Shown piece by piece: positions 1 to 12,771 of a stretch of 64,000 bases of DNA. The notes below the pieces were generated by a model. The model saw only the letters and a program-made list of their open reading frames with translations. It did not search any database and had not been told where the DNA came from. The translations under genes and the position numbers were made by a program. Numbering within the stretch: position 1 is the stretch's first letter; every line of letters starts with the position of its first letter. This DNA comes from Paragordius varius (taxonomy: Eukaryota > Animalia > Nematomorpha), in assembly GCA_964247055.1 (NCBI GenBank), contig OZ176054.1:9982001-10046000 (forward strand), written 5' to 3'.

Positions 1-876
1 GGGTCAAATCTCATAAATTGTATTACCTGGATTTCTACCATCTAATCTTTTTCTACCTATTTCTATCTTTATTTAGAACAACAAATTATGGTTAAGAATT
101 ATATTTAAACCATAAAAATTTTAATATAAATTTTATTACCAGGCCTTGGTGGTTTAATATTCCTATCATCATTCACATTTGATCCCTGTTTATGATCTAT
201 GACGCAAATGTACCGTAATTTGATAGTTTATATTAAATATGATTTATCTATACCTGTTTCTTTAGGAACGTTATCATTGGGTTGATCATCCGAGAGTTTA
301 ACTAATGTCGCATAATATTTTGCACAATTTGTAAATAAATCTTTGAAGGTAATATACGGATTTGTAAAATACGGGATAATTTAGTTTATGTCAAAATTAG
401 TTTTAGGCATTTTATAATTATATCTAATGAAATTTAATTTATTTACAACATTAATACATATATAATGAATTTTCTTTAGTTTTTACCACCTCTATAAATA
501 TTTGATTGTTGAGTGAATAGTTCTTTATTTATTTATGAAAGCATTACTTCTTTTATCATCAGGTTCCCCATCAGAAGAGGTATCATCTGAATGTGGTCGA
601 TTTCGATTCGGGTTGGATGGTCCTAAATATTTTAGAGTGGGAATCGTACCAGCCTCCTCTTCGGGAATCAAACTATCTGCCTCCACGGTTTCTTGATCGT
701 TTAAAACATCAGCCATGTTCTGCAAATCTTTTTTAACAATAATTTTAACAAACATTATAAAAAATGTATAAAATATAACATAAATTCGATATATTTTAAC
801 CAGCCCAATATTTTAATTTTTAAGTCTCTAGATAACTCGAAGATTTTATTTAGATATTTCTCTTATTTATATGCTA

Positions 877-2189
877 CTAGAGTAAATATCGGGGGAAGTA
901 CTTCGGACTTTTTGTGGGGGATGGGGGGGCTATATATATAAGCCCTGTGAATATTGACGGAGGGAACTATATTTATTGCCGAATTTAACTATTGCATATA
1001 GGAATAATAAATTGGGATATTATATATATATATATATATATAAGGTAGGCATGCATAGAACACAATATAAATGTATTAATTTCTGTGGGTATTGACGGGT
1101 GCGCTAAATTTATTGCGAATTTACAAATTCTATTTGATATTATTATATATATAAAAAAGTAATCATGCACAAAATATATAAGGAGGATATATATATATAT
1201 AACCCATGTCTGGAATTATCATAGATCCCATATGTTCATATAAGTTCTTGTAAAATAATTACCAACTAAAATGTTTTATTTTAAGGGGTAATAAATATTT
1301 AAGCCCTTATTGAACTCACATTGACTCTTAGGTTTTCTGAAATTTGGCTGCAAAGTGCTGTGTCGATATTGTGACGCAGTTTTACGCGGGTAGCCACCTA
1401 AAGATGGGGTAACAAAGAAACGCTCGATTAAAATTTTTCTCTTAATTCGGGTATACCTGGAATCATAACTAATACCATATGCTCTCGTGAATTTTCGAAA
1501 AAATGCCTCAAAAACAAAAAGTCATTCTATGGTGGCGCATTTTTCAGGGTGAGGGCCTAATTAACGGCTAATTTTATAAAAACCGGTCCTACATTTTTGC
1601 CTTGTTGGGGCAATATTTTAAGCACCTATTGAAGGCTGGCCTAGGTTTTCTGAAATTTAGCCCCAAAGACACTCTATTTCGATATGACGGGGCAGTTTTT
1701 AGCGGGTATCTCCAGCAGCCAATATAAAAGGGGCACGACTAAAGTTTTGGGCTTTTAACAGAGAAAACCTGGATTCCCTATTTATGCGGTCTCATGAGCG
1801 AAAAATAGATTCAAAAAAATATTTTTTAGACTTAATTCTTATGAAAAAAATGGCATTAGGGAGAGCGAAAAAGAGGGCCTAAATTAAAAAAGCGAGCCGA
1901 CCATGTCCGATCGAAAAATAGTAAAAAAAATCATAATTGAAATCGAATATGGTCCAACACGTTTTCCGGAAAATTGTCTCAAAGACACGATTTTTGTGGA
2001 CTTCTGTTTTCAAAAAAAAACCGTGTTTTACACGGGGCCCGAACTAGGAGCCTAATTTAAAAAGGCGAAGATATTGTTGGGGCATTCATTATTATTGATT
2101 ATATTTTCGCCATTTGGATTCGAATGGTCTACCGGTCCTTCGGAAACAGATCACAAAGCAAGCATTTGTCATTTTTATAAATATATAGA
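877..2189 (-). mobile_element. Non-autonomous Helitron inside an intron of A1
   Basis: On the minus strand: 5' TCTATATATTTATAAAAATG at 2189, 3' CTAG at 877-880, inserted between A and T. Shares its 5' and 3' blocks with the element at 32778-35260. Internal imperfect duplication of about 130 bp at roughly 945-1140. Confidence 0.75.
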
Positions 2190-2244
2190 TTAATATTTAA
2201 AGACCCTCTTAACATATTAAAAAAATTAAATCAAGTTCTACCAT

Positions 2245-2538
2245 ATGAAAACAAAACAAACTATTTACAATGAGGACTTTGAAGTAGAATTCGCATCTAA
2301 TCAAATCTCAACTAATTTTAATCCTCAAATTCAATGTGATAAAATTCTTTCAAAAAGATTCTTGGAAGTTATACACCTAAAGCAATTTAGATAACTAACA
2401 TTTGAAAATTATAGAAAATTTAAATTAATCAAATTAACAAGGGCCATGCCTACCGATAAAATCCTAGTGTTTGGCACATATGCAGTTTATACTCAAAATA
2501 AGTATATTAAAAAATTAATAAATAACTCAAGGCCATAA
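2245..2538 (+). other. Coding-like relic of unknown origin (98 codons, one internal stop)
   Basis: ATG to TAA frame MKTKQTIYNEDFEVEFASNQ...LKQFR*LTFENYRKFKLIKLTRAMPTDKILVFGTYAVY... is broken by a single TAA. No recognisable motif. Confidence 0.25.
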
Positions 2539-3213
2539 AAAAGAATTTTTAGGGCCGCCTGTGGCTTGTGAGCGGTTTGATTACCAATGTCTATATCAGG
2601 GGTGTGCAACATAAATGGCCTTTCGGGCGACATTTTTGTATCAGAAAATCCGTCGAATCGCATTCGCAAAATATATATGCACAAAGAAATATTTTAAATA
2701 AGCACAAGACTGTAAAAACTACAATTTTTTATTTTATGCTAGTTCCAAAATTCGGAACACTTTAAAACATTTGTTTAAAATAATCAATTTTACTTAGATT
2801 GCGTAAATTTTTTATTTAAATTTTGCGAGTATTTTTTATTGTTATTAAAGAATAAAAATTATTTTATAATAATGCAGGAGAATAAAAAGAAAAGTATCGT
2901 ACAATTTAAATAATTGAAAAAGTGTTGGATTTTGATTGGAAGTATTTGGTTGATATAGTATTAAGTTTGGTTGAAAAAAAAATCGAGTTTTTATAATAAA
3001 GGTGTATAAATTAAAAACATTTTAGTAAGATTTCTGGAAATATTTAAGATTTAATAATTATAATTTTATTTATCATGGGAACTGTATTATATTATGAGTT
3101 AATTTATTTATTCTAATTTTTATTTAATTATTTTGCTCATTAATAGAATATAGTGGGAAATTAAATACTTACCGGATGTTAATCCTTCAACAGCTAAATG
3201 ATGAGTTCCAAAA

Positions 3214-3216
<3 letters not shown>

Positions 3217-3258
<42 letters not shown>
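3217..3258. repeat. (AT)n microsatellite
   Basis: Pure AT dinucleotide run. Similar runs near 1020, 6775, 17018, 22728 and 46908. Confidence 0.95.
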
Positions 3259-3266
<8 letters not shown>

Positions 3267-6259
3267 ATATGTATGTATAAATTTCCGATTTTTAAATAAA
3301 ATCCTATGAGTTATTCTCTAGGAACTTGCTGGTTTCTAGATATTTTGAAACCCTCAAAGGAATTATATTAAATAATAAATTTCTTGGAGATTTTTTCAAC
3401 GAAAAATATAAAATATTATATATATAATAAAAAAGCAAATCAATAATTGGTAAATTACAAAATTTAATTTATCTGATAAAAAGGGTATGCGGATAATAAC
3501 ACTTGGACACAAACTTCTACAGTTCTCATGTCGGGCCCTTTAAGGATGAATTAGTTCACTCGATGTAATTTTTAAGTATTAGTTAATAATTATAGTAATA
3601 TATTTAATTATAAAAATAGTTTAGATTAGTAATTTATATATCGAATTCAAAATGTTGCTGAACGTGATTATATACCTGCGTTAAAGTCATCCGATACAAT
3701 GCCTAAAAGTTAAGATTGATTATGATGAAATATACTTTATACATCATCCAACCATGATTCAAGTTCCGCTATACATTATTTTTAATATAATACCGTTCGG
3801 ATTTTCTGCATTCAAAATTTCTAAATAGAGTAAAAAAATTTTTCTCCTTCCATATATATAATTAAAAGTGGGTATAATATGCTTTATAATTTTATATTTA
3901 TTACATTTAAAAAATTAAATAATCATTGGGGTCTAAAATACATTGTTACAATCTAAGTAAAATAACATTATAATGAAAACTGTTACCCACTAAAAGTAAT
4001 GAATTAGATGGACATGTTGTTTAAAAATTATTTTACTAATTGTTTATAAATTACCTTAATTAAATAATTTATATTTTATATAATCTTAAGTTATTTAATT
4101 TGATACCAAATGAAGTTTAATATTTTTCCAAAAAACAGACCAATTATTTTTAAACAGTTAGTTAAGAATTTAACTAAATAAATTATAATTTCATATATAG
4201 CATGAATAATTGAAAATATTAAAGAGGAATTTTGATATAATGGTTTAGGCGTCGAAGTTCTTATTTTTTGATAATTATACAAAGAAAAAGAAACTCTAAA
4301 CTGCATATTATATATAAACATTAGTATATAAATTTATCAATTTGTTTTTATGTATTACCTCCATTAACTAAAAATAATTTACCTTCGTTTTCGTTGATTT
4401 GATCTAAAATATCAAGTATAGAAAAAATTATATAAGACCATTCAAATTGTAAAATAAACAAAAAGAATCCCATGTTTATACATTTGTATGCAATTAATAA
4501 AGTGCCAAATTTAGTATCAAAATGCAGTTAGAGTTCAAAAAAATGGGGCTGTGTTACATATAAGATAAAGTCATAATTTTAAGTCATCCGCTGTTTTCAT
4601 CTTTATTTATAGATGAAAATTGGTATAATAAATTTAAAAAAAATAGATAAATTATAATAGGTGTGTTTCAAGCTGCGCAAAATTAATAAAAAAATACATT
4701 TTCAATGTAAACATATTAAAAATATTAAGTTTTATATATTTTCGTTTCTGAAGTACGAAAGGGTTTTACCTGTTTAAAATACAAAATTCAAACCTAGTAT
4801 AAGCAACAAACCTGATGCCTCCATATTTTACTTCTTTATTCCATTGATTTTATTTTAAAAATCTGTTTTTTTCGAATCTTGCTAAACACAGGCATATTTA
4901 TAATTAAATTTTATATTCCAAAGTTTCGCAGGTATTATTAGTATATATAAATAAATTTATTATAGTGATTCATAAAAACATATGTCTTTAATCATACTTT
5001 ATGTTTTTTTTCCTCATATGTAATGTGACCCCCGTTTTTTCGTGTAAAAATTCGTATTTTCTCCGCCAAAAATATGATTATTGGATAAATTTCAATATTG
5101 GCAATGAATTTCGCAAATTTAATATTTTAGAATGATTTTCAAACAAATATTCATGACTCCACATTTAATTTAAATATATAATAAACAATTGATTTTATAT
5201 ACAATTTTAATAGAAGTCTAAGAGATAGGAGATTGTTCAAGGCGATTTATGTACAGCCAAGTTACCGAAATACTAGTGATCAAACTTAATCACATGTCAT
5301 ATAGTTTAAAAGTTGAAAATTTTATGCCAACATTTTTATGAAAGATTCTGAGTTTGTGATTAAAAAAGATGACCATATGGATTATATAAAATGTAAATTA
5401 AATTTCCCATGACTCATTCATGTAATATTCATATAGGCGAATTCAAGGCTAAACAACTCTATCAACTGATTATTACAAAACCTTGTAATACGAAAATAAA
5501 AGAACCTCGATGACGCTGTGAGTCAAAAAATTAATTATTACACCTCCATTATAAATTTTAAGATTCTTAAAATTATTATAAATGTATGAGATAGATTACA
5601 AAATTTTTGCATATATTTCTCTTATATAGCGATTTTATCCAACTTTCTCTAAAATCTTTTTCTAGCTGAATCTATAAAAATTTGAAATAATCACCCAAAT
5701 TGTGTACACTCAAACAACGTAAATATAAAGAAAAAAATCATCTAAAACTTCCATTCAGCGGGCGGAATATCGTTGGCCCGGGTAGAGGAGATAAATGACG
5801 GCACAGGAGGCCTATCTTCTTCTAGTATTTCTTCAACATTATCCCACATTATATCTGCAACCTCAACATCTTCAATATATGTCGTATATTTTTTAATTAT
5901 TAATATTTAAAAATAATTAATTTGTTGCAAATGAATAAATCAAAGAAATTGTACAAAAATACAAAAAAATTGAAAAATAAAATTAGTTATTTAATTGCTA
6001 ATGTTTTATAGAGCAAAATTATCTTGAGTATAAAGACTATAAATATAGAAATTACCAAAGAAAAATTCATCGATATCATCCTCCAACGCTAGGTCGTTGT
6101 TCAAAAATTTTTCTATATTAGATATCATATCATTTCAATATATATGTGTATCAAACATTTTTTGGAACAGGTTGTGGATACAGTGATTTGGTAAAAAAAT
6201 ATTATTAATGTAATTTATATTTGTCGCCATGGCCATGCATGGGTAAAATTATTTTTAAA

Positions 6260-6731
6260 TTAATTCAAATTTATGCTTGAGGTTTTTGGCAAACAGCACA
6301 GGGGCGTACCGATGGGGGGGCAAGGGGGTGCATCATGCCCCGGGCGCCGTTATTTAGGGGCGCCTAAATGATTTTTAATTAAACTTTAACTATGCACTAA
6401 GAACTTTTAAATGAGATTTTTCAGCAATTTAGGTAATCCCTATAATATATACTCTATTATTCACCTAATTAGTACCACTGAATAAATTTAGTATCATATA
6501 AATATATATATATTTAATAGATTTAAAATTTACATGACTGTGCTGTCTTATCTATGGTGTTTAGGCTACAACGTTTGTATTTTTTTCTAAATTATTTTAT
6601 TGGCTTGGGGTGGGGGGCGCCATAAAAGTCATATGCCCCGGGCGCCGCAAATGCTCGGTACGCCACTGAAACAGCAAAATGAGGTTGCAAACAGTATCAT
6701 CGGGGCCGCAATGGCTGCCACGCCGCGATAC
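6260..6731 (-). pseudogene. Putative terminal transmembrane exon interrupted by a hAT MITE
   Basis: Acceptor ATCAAG at 6732. Removing the MITE and one TSD copy gives YRGVAAIAAPMILFATSFCCLPKTSSINLN* (hydrophobic helix followed by a CC pair). Confidence 0.4.
6299..6668. mobile_element. hAT-type MITE
   Basis: Terminal inverted repeats CAGGGGCGTACCGA / TCGGTACGCCACTG. Perfect 8-bp target duplication AAACAGCA at 6291-6298 and 6669-6676. Confidence 0.9.
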
Positions 6732-8689
6732 CTTGATTGTTTTATCAAAAATGGATGAATATAGATAACATTTATATATATATATATATATATATATATC
6801 TTTTTAGCCAATAATATCGATAGTTGTATTTATCAATTACGGAAAGAATACTAGTTTAACTCAACCTTTATTTGGGGTAAAATGTTGTTTTCATTTAAAA
6901 AATTGCCAACAAAATTTGCCATTAAATAAAAAAAATTTAACCAATTAGACCTGTATTTATTAAAAATTAACTTTGTATTTGATAATTTAATTAAATAGGA
7001 ACATGGGTTGCTTTTATCCAGAACATAACAGCTAATTTATTTCTCCAATTGACAAAAATTGCATATTAAGTAATTTACCGAATACACCGTGTTTTTTATT
7101 TTACATGTTTGGATAGCTTTTCCCTTATATTTAGAACTAGATTTTTTAATACTGTCTTTGATCTCACATTTATATATATTTACACATATAACACTTACCC
7201 AATTCTAAAATATTATAATTTAATTTAATCAATAATTAAATATCATCGACCCAAGGTCCTGGAAATAACCCTGTTAAAAATAGAAAATCATTTCATTAAA
7301 TATCTGTAAAGCTATGTATGAAAAATATAGGTAATAAATTTTTTTCAACACTCGTACATGTTCTTTTGGCCAAAAACTGAATATCGTGTTTTCCTGCTAC
7401 ATTAATTGGTTATATAAAATTCGCCTAATAATAACGGTGAGAATTTTTATTTCTATCTAGGAAGCAGTGATACTAACTATAAAACTTGTCTTAGGGCCCA
7501 AAACCTTATAATACGATAAAAAATAACTATTTTGCTGCATATATTTTAAATTTCATAATAAAATAAGTCGAGAGTATTTCATACATTGATCATAACATAT
7601 GCACGCGTCTCTTTCAATTTAGGTATGATAAAAAGGACAGTTATGAATTTAGTTTAAATCTAATTTAAACAAAATATCGGTTTATATTGTTATTGTTAGT
7701 TTTAATAGGGGATATTAAATAAATGAAAGCTTTGGTAAACTTCTAAGTCATTTTTTAGAATCCTTAATGGATTTTGAATTCTATATAGTATATAAATTCA
7801 AATGAATGATGCCTTGTAACATTTCCTACACTATATCAAGGATACTTAAATCGCTATGGGTCGCATGCGCTACTAAAACGCCAATGGCCCATACTCATTT
7901 AATTTTTTGATGTAATTGTTTGGTGCATGGGTTTCTAACTGGGTACGCGGGCCACATTTGAAAAAAAACATGGGCAATAATATATATTTAAATATATCTT
8001 CATAAGACTGTAAAATGCAAACACAATATATATTTTTTTAGGTCGTATACTAAAAACTTGCTTAAAAATATTAATTTATTAAGATTAAATCATATTTTTT
8101 CAAATTATGTATTTCCAATTTTTTCTCAACCCGCTCATAATGTCTCGGGGGGCCGCGTGTTGGGCAAATGAATAAATATCTGAATATGTCTTAAACAGAT
8201 ATGCAATATTTATCGGTTATATAATGCACTACCCTTGAGACAAGAATAATATTTTATCTTTCGATATTTTTTGGTCTCCGTTGCACTATATGGTAACAAA
8301 ATAAAATTGAGGTGATTGTTTTAATATGCGAACATTATTATCATACCATTTAATGTAGCAGGAAAACGCTATTTTCCGATTTTGGTCAAATATAGATGTA
8401 TGGTTAATATTTTTTGCAGATAAAGAAAAAAATATTATTCTTGCTTTTTATGTATATAACAGTACGGTCATATGCCATAAAACAATTATATTGTAACAAA
8501 TATAATTGGTATATAAAAACATTTATATTCTATTTAAAAATCGGTATTTTTATAAGTTAATTAAAAAAATATGACTTTTGTCGCTTTTTCTTGCATTCAT
8601 GGCATATAACTTTATAAGTGCAAGATCTTAACATTTATATTTTATTCGGTAAAAAACTTATATATTAAAATAAAAATAAAAAAAATTTT

Positions 8690-10180
8690 ATTTTTCATGT
8701 TTTTGTCATTTGGTATTGAGTAGATAAAAAATTACTGTTTTATTTTGGAATCTTACATGAGCGGGAATTATGAAGCATACATTTTAGAACAAAATAAAAT
8801 TAAAAATTTACATGTAATGGAAAAATCAACCAAAAATCCGTACATATCACTGCTCAACAAGGTTTTGTACCACCCCATTATCTTTGCATTTTCTGATACC
8901 TAATGGCATGGAAAGGCCAAATCAAAAAAGAAAATTGAGGCGACCAATAGGATTTTTCCGAAATTTGATTTTTAAATTTGTATTTAATTTAAAAATAACA
9001 ATCATTCCTCGTGTACATATGTTTAAATATTCACACGAACAAGTCGCTACAAGTAATATTCCATGCATGAATAACAAAATTCTAGGCATTAAATAAGATA
9101 CTAAACAAGCTAAGAGTCAAAGTATTAAAAATCTAAAAGGGGCTTATGGATAGTGTGATAGATCCAGGCGGCTGCACATGCTCTGCATATCCCCCAAGCG
9201 ATCCAATTATGCCAGATATGGCAAAGATAACAATAAGTAATCGTAAAGCCCGATAAGAGAGACTTGCAAGCAAACAGGCAAATTGACATGTCAAATTAAC
9301 CAATTCACAGAATAAAGTTAGATAAATTCTACAATTAAATTGAATAAAAAGATTAGGTAAATACAAATGGTCCAATCTAATAGTAAATTTTACTAAAAGT
9401 GGCTACACAACATCCATCTGAAATTAAAAATACAAAACAACCAATAATTTTAAAAAATAAAGTATATCCACTAGGTATAAATAAAGGATTTTTTGTAAGA
9501 ACCAACTCAAGAAAAAAAAGCATAATAAGTACTCGAAAGAACGAAAACTAACAAAAAAATATAGCTTATCTAAAAGCCGAAGGTTTAAACCATAGAATGC
9601 CTTTTTTAGTATTTTTTTAAATTTTTTTTATACGTATTAAAAATTCACTTGAAAGAAAAAGACTAAATTTTGACGTTTAAGTCCGCACTATTTTTTTCTC
9701 TCTGATATTTAAATGACATATTTATATTCAAAAGATAGAGTTTAAAACGCTTTATTAAATGATATTAAGTTTATAATATAATAACATTTTATTATAAAGT
9801 TATATTTGATTTTTTCTCGATTTTCTCTTGTTTTTGAAAATTTGAAACCTATAATATTTCAAAATTCTGATTGGTGGGATCAAAATTTTTTTCACATTCG
9901 GTTTTAAAACACTGATATTAGTCATAATTTAAAAGTTTGAGTGGTGGTGCTCAAAAATGTCCAAATTTGTCGACTAGTGTATTTCACTAAAAATATTTTA
10001 TTGTGTTAAAACAAACTTGTTACAGTAATTTGTAAGGATTGTTGGTTAATATTCCACTACTTTGAAATGCAATTTTGCATAATTTATAATTTCCACTCAT
10101 TTAAGATTCCGAAATAAAACATTAAATTTTTTTAAACACTTAAACCAGATGACAAAAAAATGAAAAAATAAAAAACAACC
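8690..10180. repeat. Inverted pair of foldback-family fragments (about 8690-8850 and 10010-10180)
   Basis: Both match the interior of the 17033-18301 element (gtcatctgg...ggaatcttacatgag...caaccaa..aatcc) and are in opposite orientation. Confidence 0.55.
8900..9260 (-). pseudogene. Multi-pass hydrophobic coding relic
   Basis: Frame reads ...LRLLIVIFAISGIIGSLGGYAEHVQPPGSITLSISPF*IFNTLTLSLFSILFNA*NFVIHAWNITCSDLFV* - hydrophobic segments punctuated by stops. Confidence 0.35.
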
Positions 10181-11100
10181 TAATGATTCAGTAAAATGCG
10201 TGCCGCAAATTATTTTTTTCACGCACAAAATTCAACATGATTACTGAATGTTAAAAATAGGATCCTAATTTTTGGTGGATTTAACTTGTGTGTTTGTCGT
10301 ATAATGTCAGCGAAATGGATCTGTTTTTAATTAATCATCTGACTTTTAGACTCTTAGTTAAATCGAGAGTAACTTCTTACACTTGGTATATTGATATATT
10401 ACGTCCATGCTCTGTTAGCATTAACTTAATCTTTAGGTAAAATATTTTATAATTGATGAATATAAGCTTGGCTTTAATTATAAACTATTCCGTGTATATT
10501 AAAATAATGATCAAAATATGGTGAATCTTAAAATAAAAAGACCTGAATGGCAAATTTTCACCAGAAAAAAAATAAAAAATATATTACACAAAACATTACA
10601 AATAATTATAAACAATATTACTAAACAAAAATTATTTTAATCTAAATACAAATATCCATGTCGTATATATCATTGTTATTAATCAGGGCTCTAAAGAGTG
10701 GTAAGCAGGTGGTTTAAAATTTTGGCTAGAACCTAGGTAGTTTCATACATTGTAATAGTAAATAAATTCAATTTACAAGATTTTTAATTAATTATTTACG
10801 GTAAAATTATTGATGCGTAGATCCAATTGCTTATTAAAACTCGCATAAAACAAACAAAAATATTAATGAAGACTGTATGTGACAATTCTCTTAGGGAAAA
10901 ATTAATTTTACGTAAACCGTATAACAGTAAAATCTATGTTATAAGTAAAATCTGGGATTTAAGGATTAGTGCCTAAATGCACACTTATGATATAATGTGT
11001 TATAATAAAATATTTATAAAAAATTAAAATTTTAAAATCATCCATTTATTTGTTTTATTGCATTAACATATCACAAATTCCTTTCAAATATGCGATATAC

Positions 11101-12330
11101 CAACAACCGAAAAAGCCAATTTCCCATAAAAATTGTTAAGGTTGGGTTTCGGTTTATATACCAAAAAGTATTCATCTTCATCATTAAAAGTTATTCCCTC
11201 TAAGTCCATTTTAAAACAATCTTTATCCTAATACAAAAATATATCGCACATCTTTATAAATTTATATCAAGCATAAGATAATATATCTAGACTAATTTAA
11301 ATGATATAATTTTTTGATAGTTTATTGATAGGAAATATGATTTGTAATAGTTTAAATCATGATATATTTAAAACACTTACACGAGTGATATCGGTAAGCG
11401 TGTCCAATAAAGCTTTACTTTTTGACTCCAAAAATATGTGATATTGGTCGGTTGGATTTAATTCCAAATATTTTGTACATACTTGCAAGATATTATTATT
11501 GATACAACCATAATCATCCTTAAGTATATTTTCGCTTTCTATATCACCAAAAAAGTGTTATTGTAAATAATTAGGGAAATGATTCCTAGTATTTAAAATA
11601 TAGTATTTGTAAAATGGTGCATCGTATGATTTAAACGATGATGCTTCAATATCAATTAGTTTATTTTCCATAGACCACCACTCTAAATACTAAAATATTA
11701 ACACTTTTTTGCATTCTGATTATCTCCATAAGCGAATTAAGAAAATTAAAATATCTTAGACAGATCCTGTGATATTGGGCCAAATTCAAATAAGAAATCT
11801 ACGGCTGGTCCACTATTAAAAAAATATATTTGAAAATTTAAAGGTGGAAATCCATATCTGAAATATATTACCGCTAAATTAATTCTAGGTTTTTGTCAAA
11901 AATAATTATATGATTAAATTTCGGGATTATTTAATGCAATGTATGACCTTTCGCTCGGTCGCACGCGTGGTGCCGAAGAATGGAGTAATATCTTTCTCTT
12001 TCTTTACTTTAATAAGCCTAATTTTTGGATCAGGGGAATTCATTTCAAGCCAAATATTATAATTTTAAAATATCTATATAAACGCTTTCATTTTTTAGTT
12101 TTTTTAAAAAAATTTAGCCAATATGATGTGTCTTTTTTGTTTTTTCTGTTGTCTTTTTGTTCTCTTTATAAATTTAAAATATAGTATCTAAATAAAAACT
12201 ACTTCAAGTATCTAATTCTCTCAACGGTCTAAAAATTTATTATAGATATCTCACAATTACTTGTCCGCCCGGTAACACAGGTGCCAAGACATGTATAAAA
12301 ATCTCCCTTTTTAAACCTTATATTTTATTT
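11101..12330 (-). pseudogene. Ectodomain-like exons, block B (degenerate)
   Basis: Exon 11381-11689 (YLEWWSMENK...DDYGCINNNILQVC...TDITR, donor GTAAGT, one in-frame TAA at 11558-11560) joins in frame to exon 11101-11227 (DKDCFKMDLEGITFNDEDEYFLVY...AFSVVG, donor GTATAT). Further broken frames upstream (IWLEMNSPDPKIRLIK; GLKREIFIHVLAPVLPGGQ). Confidence 0.55.
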
Positions 12331-12771
12331 TATTCTTTACTTTACCATATATTTAGTTCAAAAAATGATAGAATAGATTATAACATTTATTTACACAAAT
12401 TCATATCTTATTTTTGAGTTTAATTGTTTTTTATATGTTTTCTTTTTGATGCTTATATGTTTTCTTTTTGATGCTTATATGTTTAATCTTAGATAATAAA
12501 GTTAAATTCTCTTAAAATATTATAATCAAAATAATTATTTTAATGCATTTTATTGCTTCTTCTATTCACTACCTCCGATATACCCATTATCTCATAATCA
12601 CAGTTAAATGATTCTGTTTATTTTGTTATGTAGATATCTAGTTTATGATATGGTTCATTTTCATTTTTATGTGTATTTAAGATATCTTATAAGCTATTAT
12701 ATAGTTTGTAAACACTCAATCCATACACTACAAGTATCTGATCAAAGCTCCAGCCAATAGTTCATAAAAAT

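Larger units (their letters stand above)
27..6112 (-). pseudogene. Acidic micro-exon gene block, copy A1 (probably decaying; continues beyond window start)
   Basis: Twelve GT-AG-bounded exons: 6056-6112, 5749-5869, 4383-4403, 3794-3820, 3736-3768, 3676-3702, 3173-3193, 650-727, 548-622, 254-301, 140-196, 27-56. Each has a peptide-level counterpart in copy A2 (e.g. DQINENE/DQVNENG, AELESWLDDV/AEIEAWLDDVS, KPPRP/KPPRP). Lesions: TAA at 3737-3739 where A2 has TCA, and a donor displaced by 1 nt after PPAEW (5749). Confidence 0.75.

Noticed and set aside
525-755. 76-aa single-exon ORF (and 21941-22132)
   Set aside because: Better explained as two exons joined by a 27-nt (25-nt in the paralog) intron. 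The unspliced paralog is frameshifted.
4368-4382. Apparent 15-nt GT-AG intron followed by a 9-nt exon
   Set aside because: It is in frame and stop-free, so it could be exon extension, and it is not conserved in A2. Cannot be supported.
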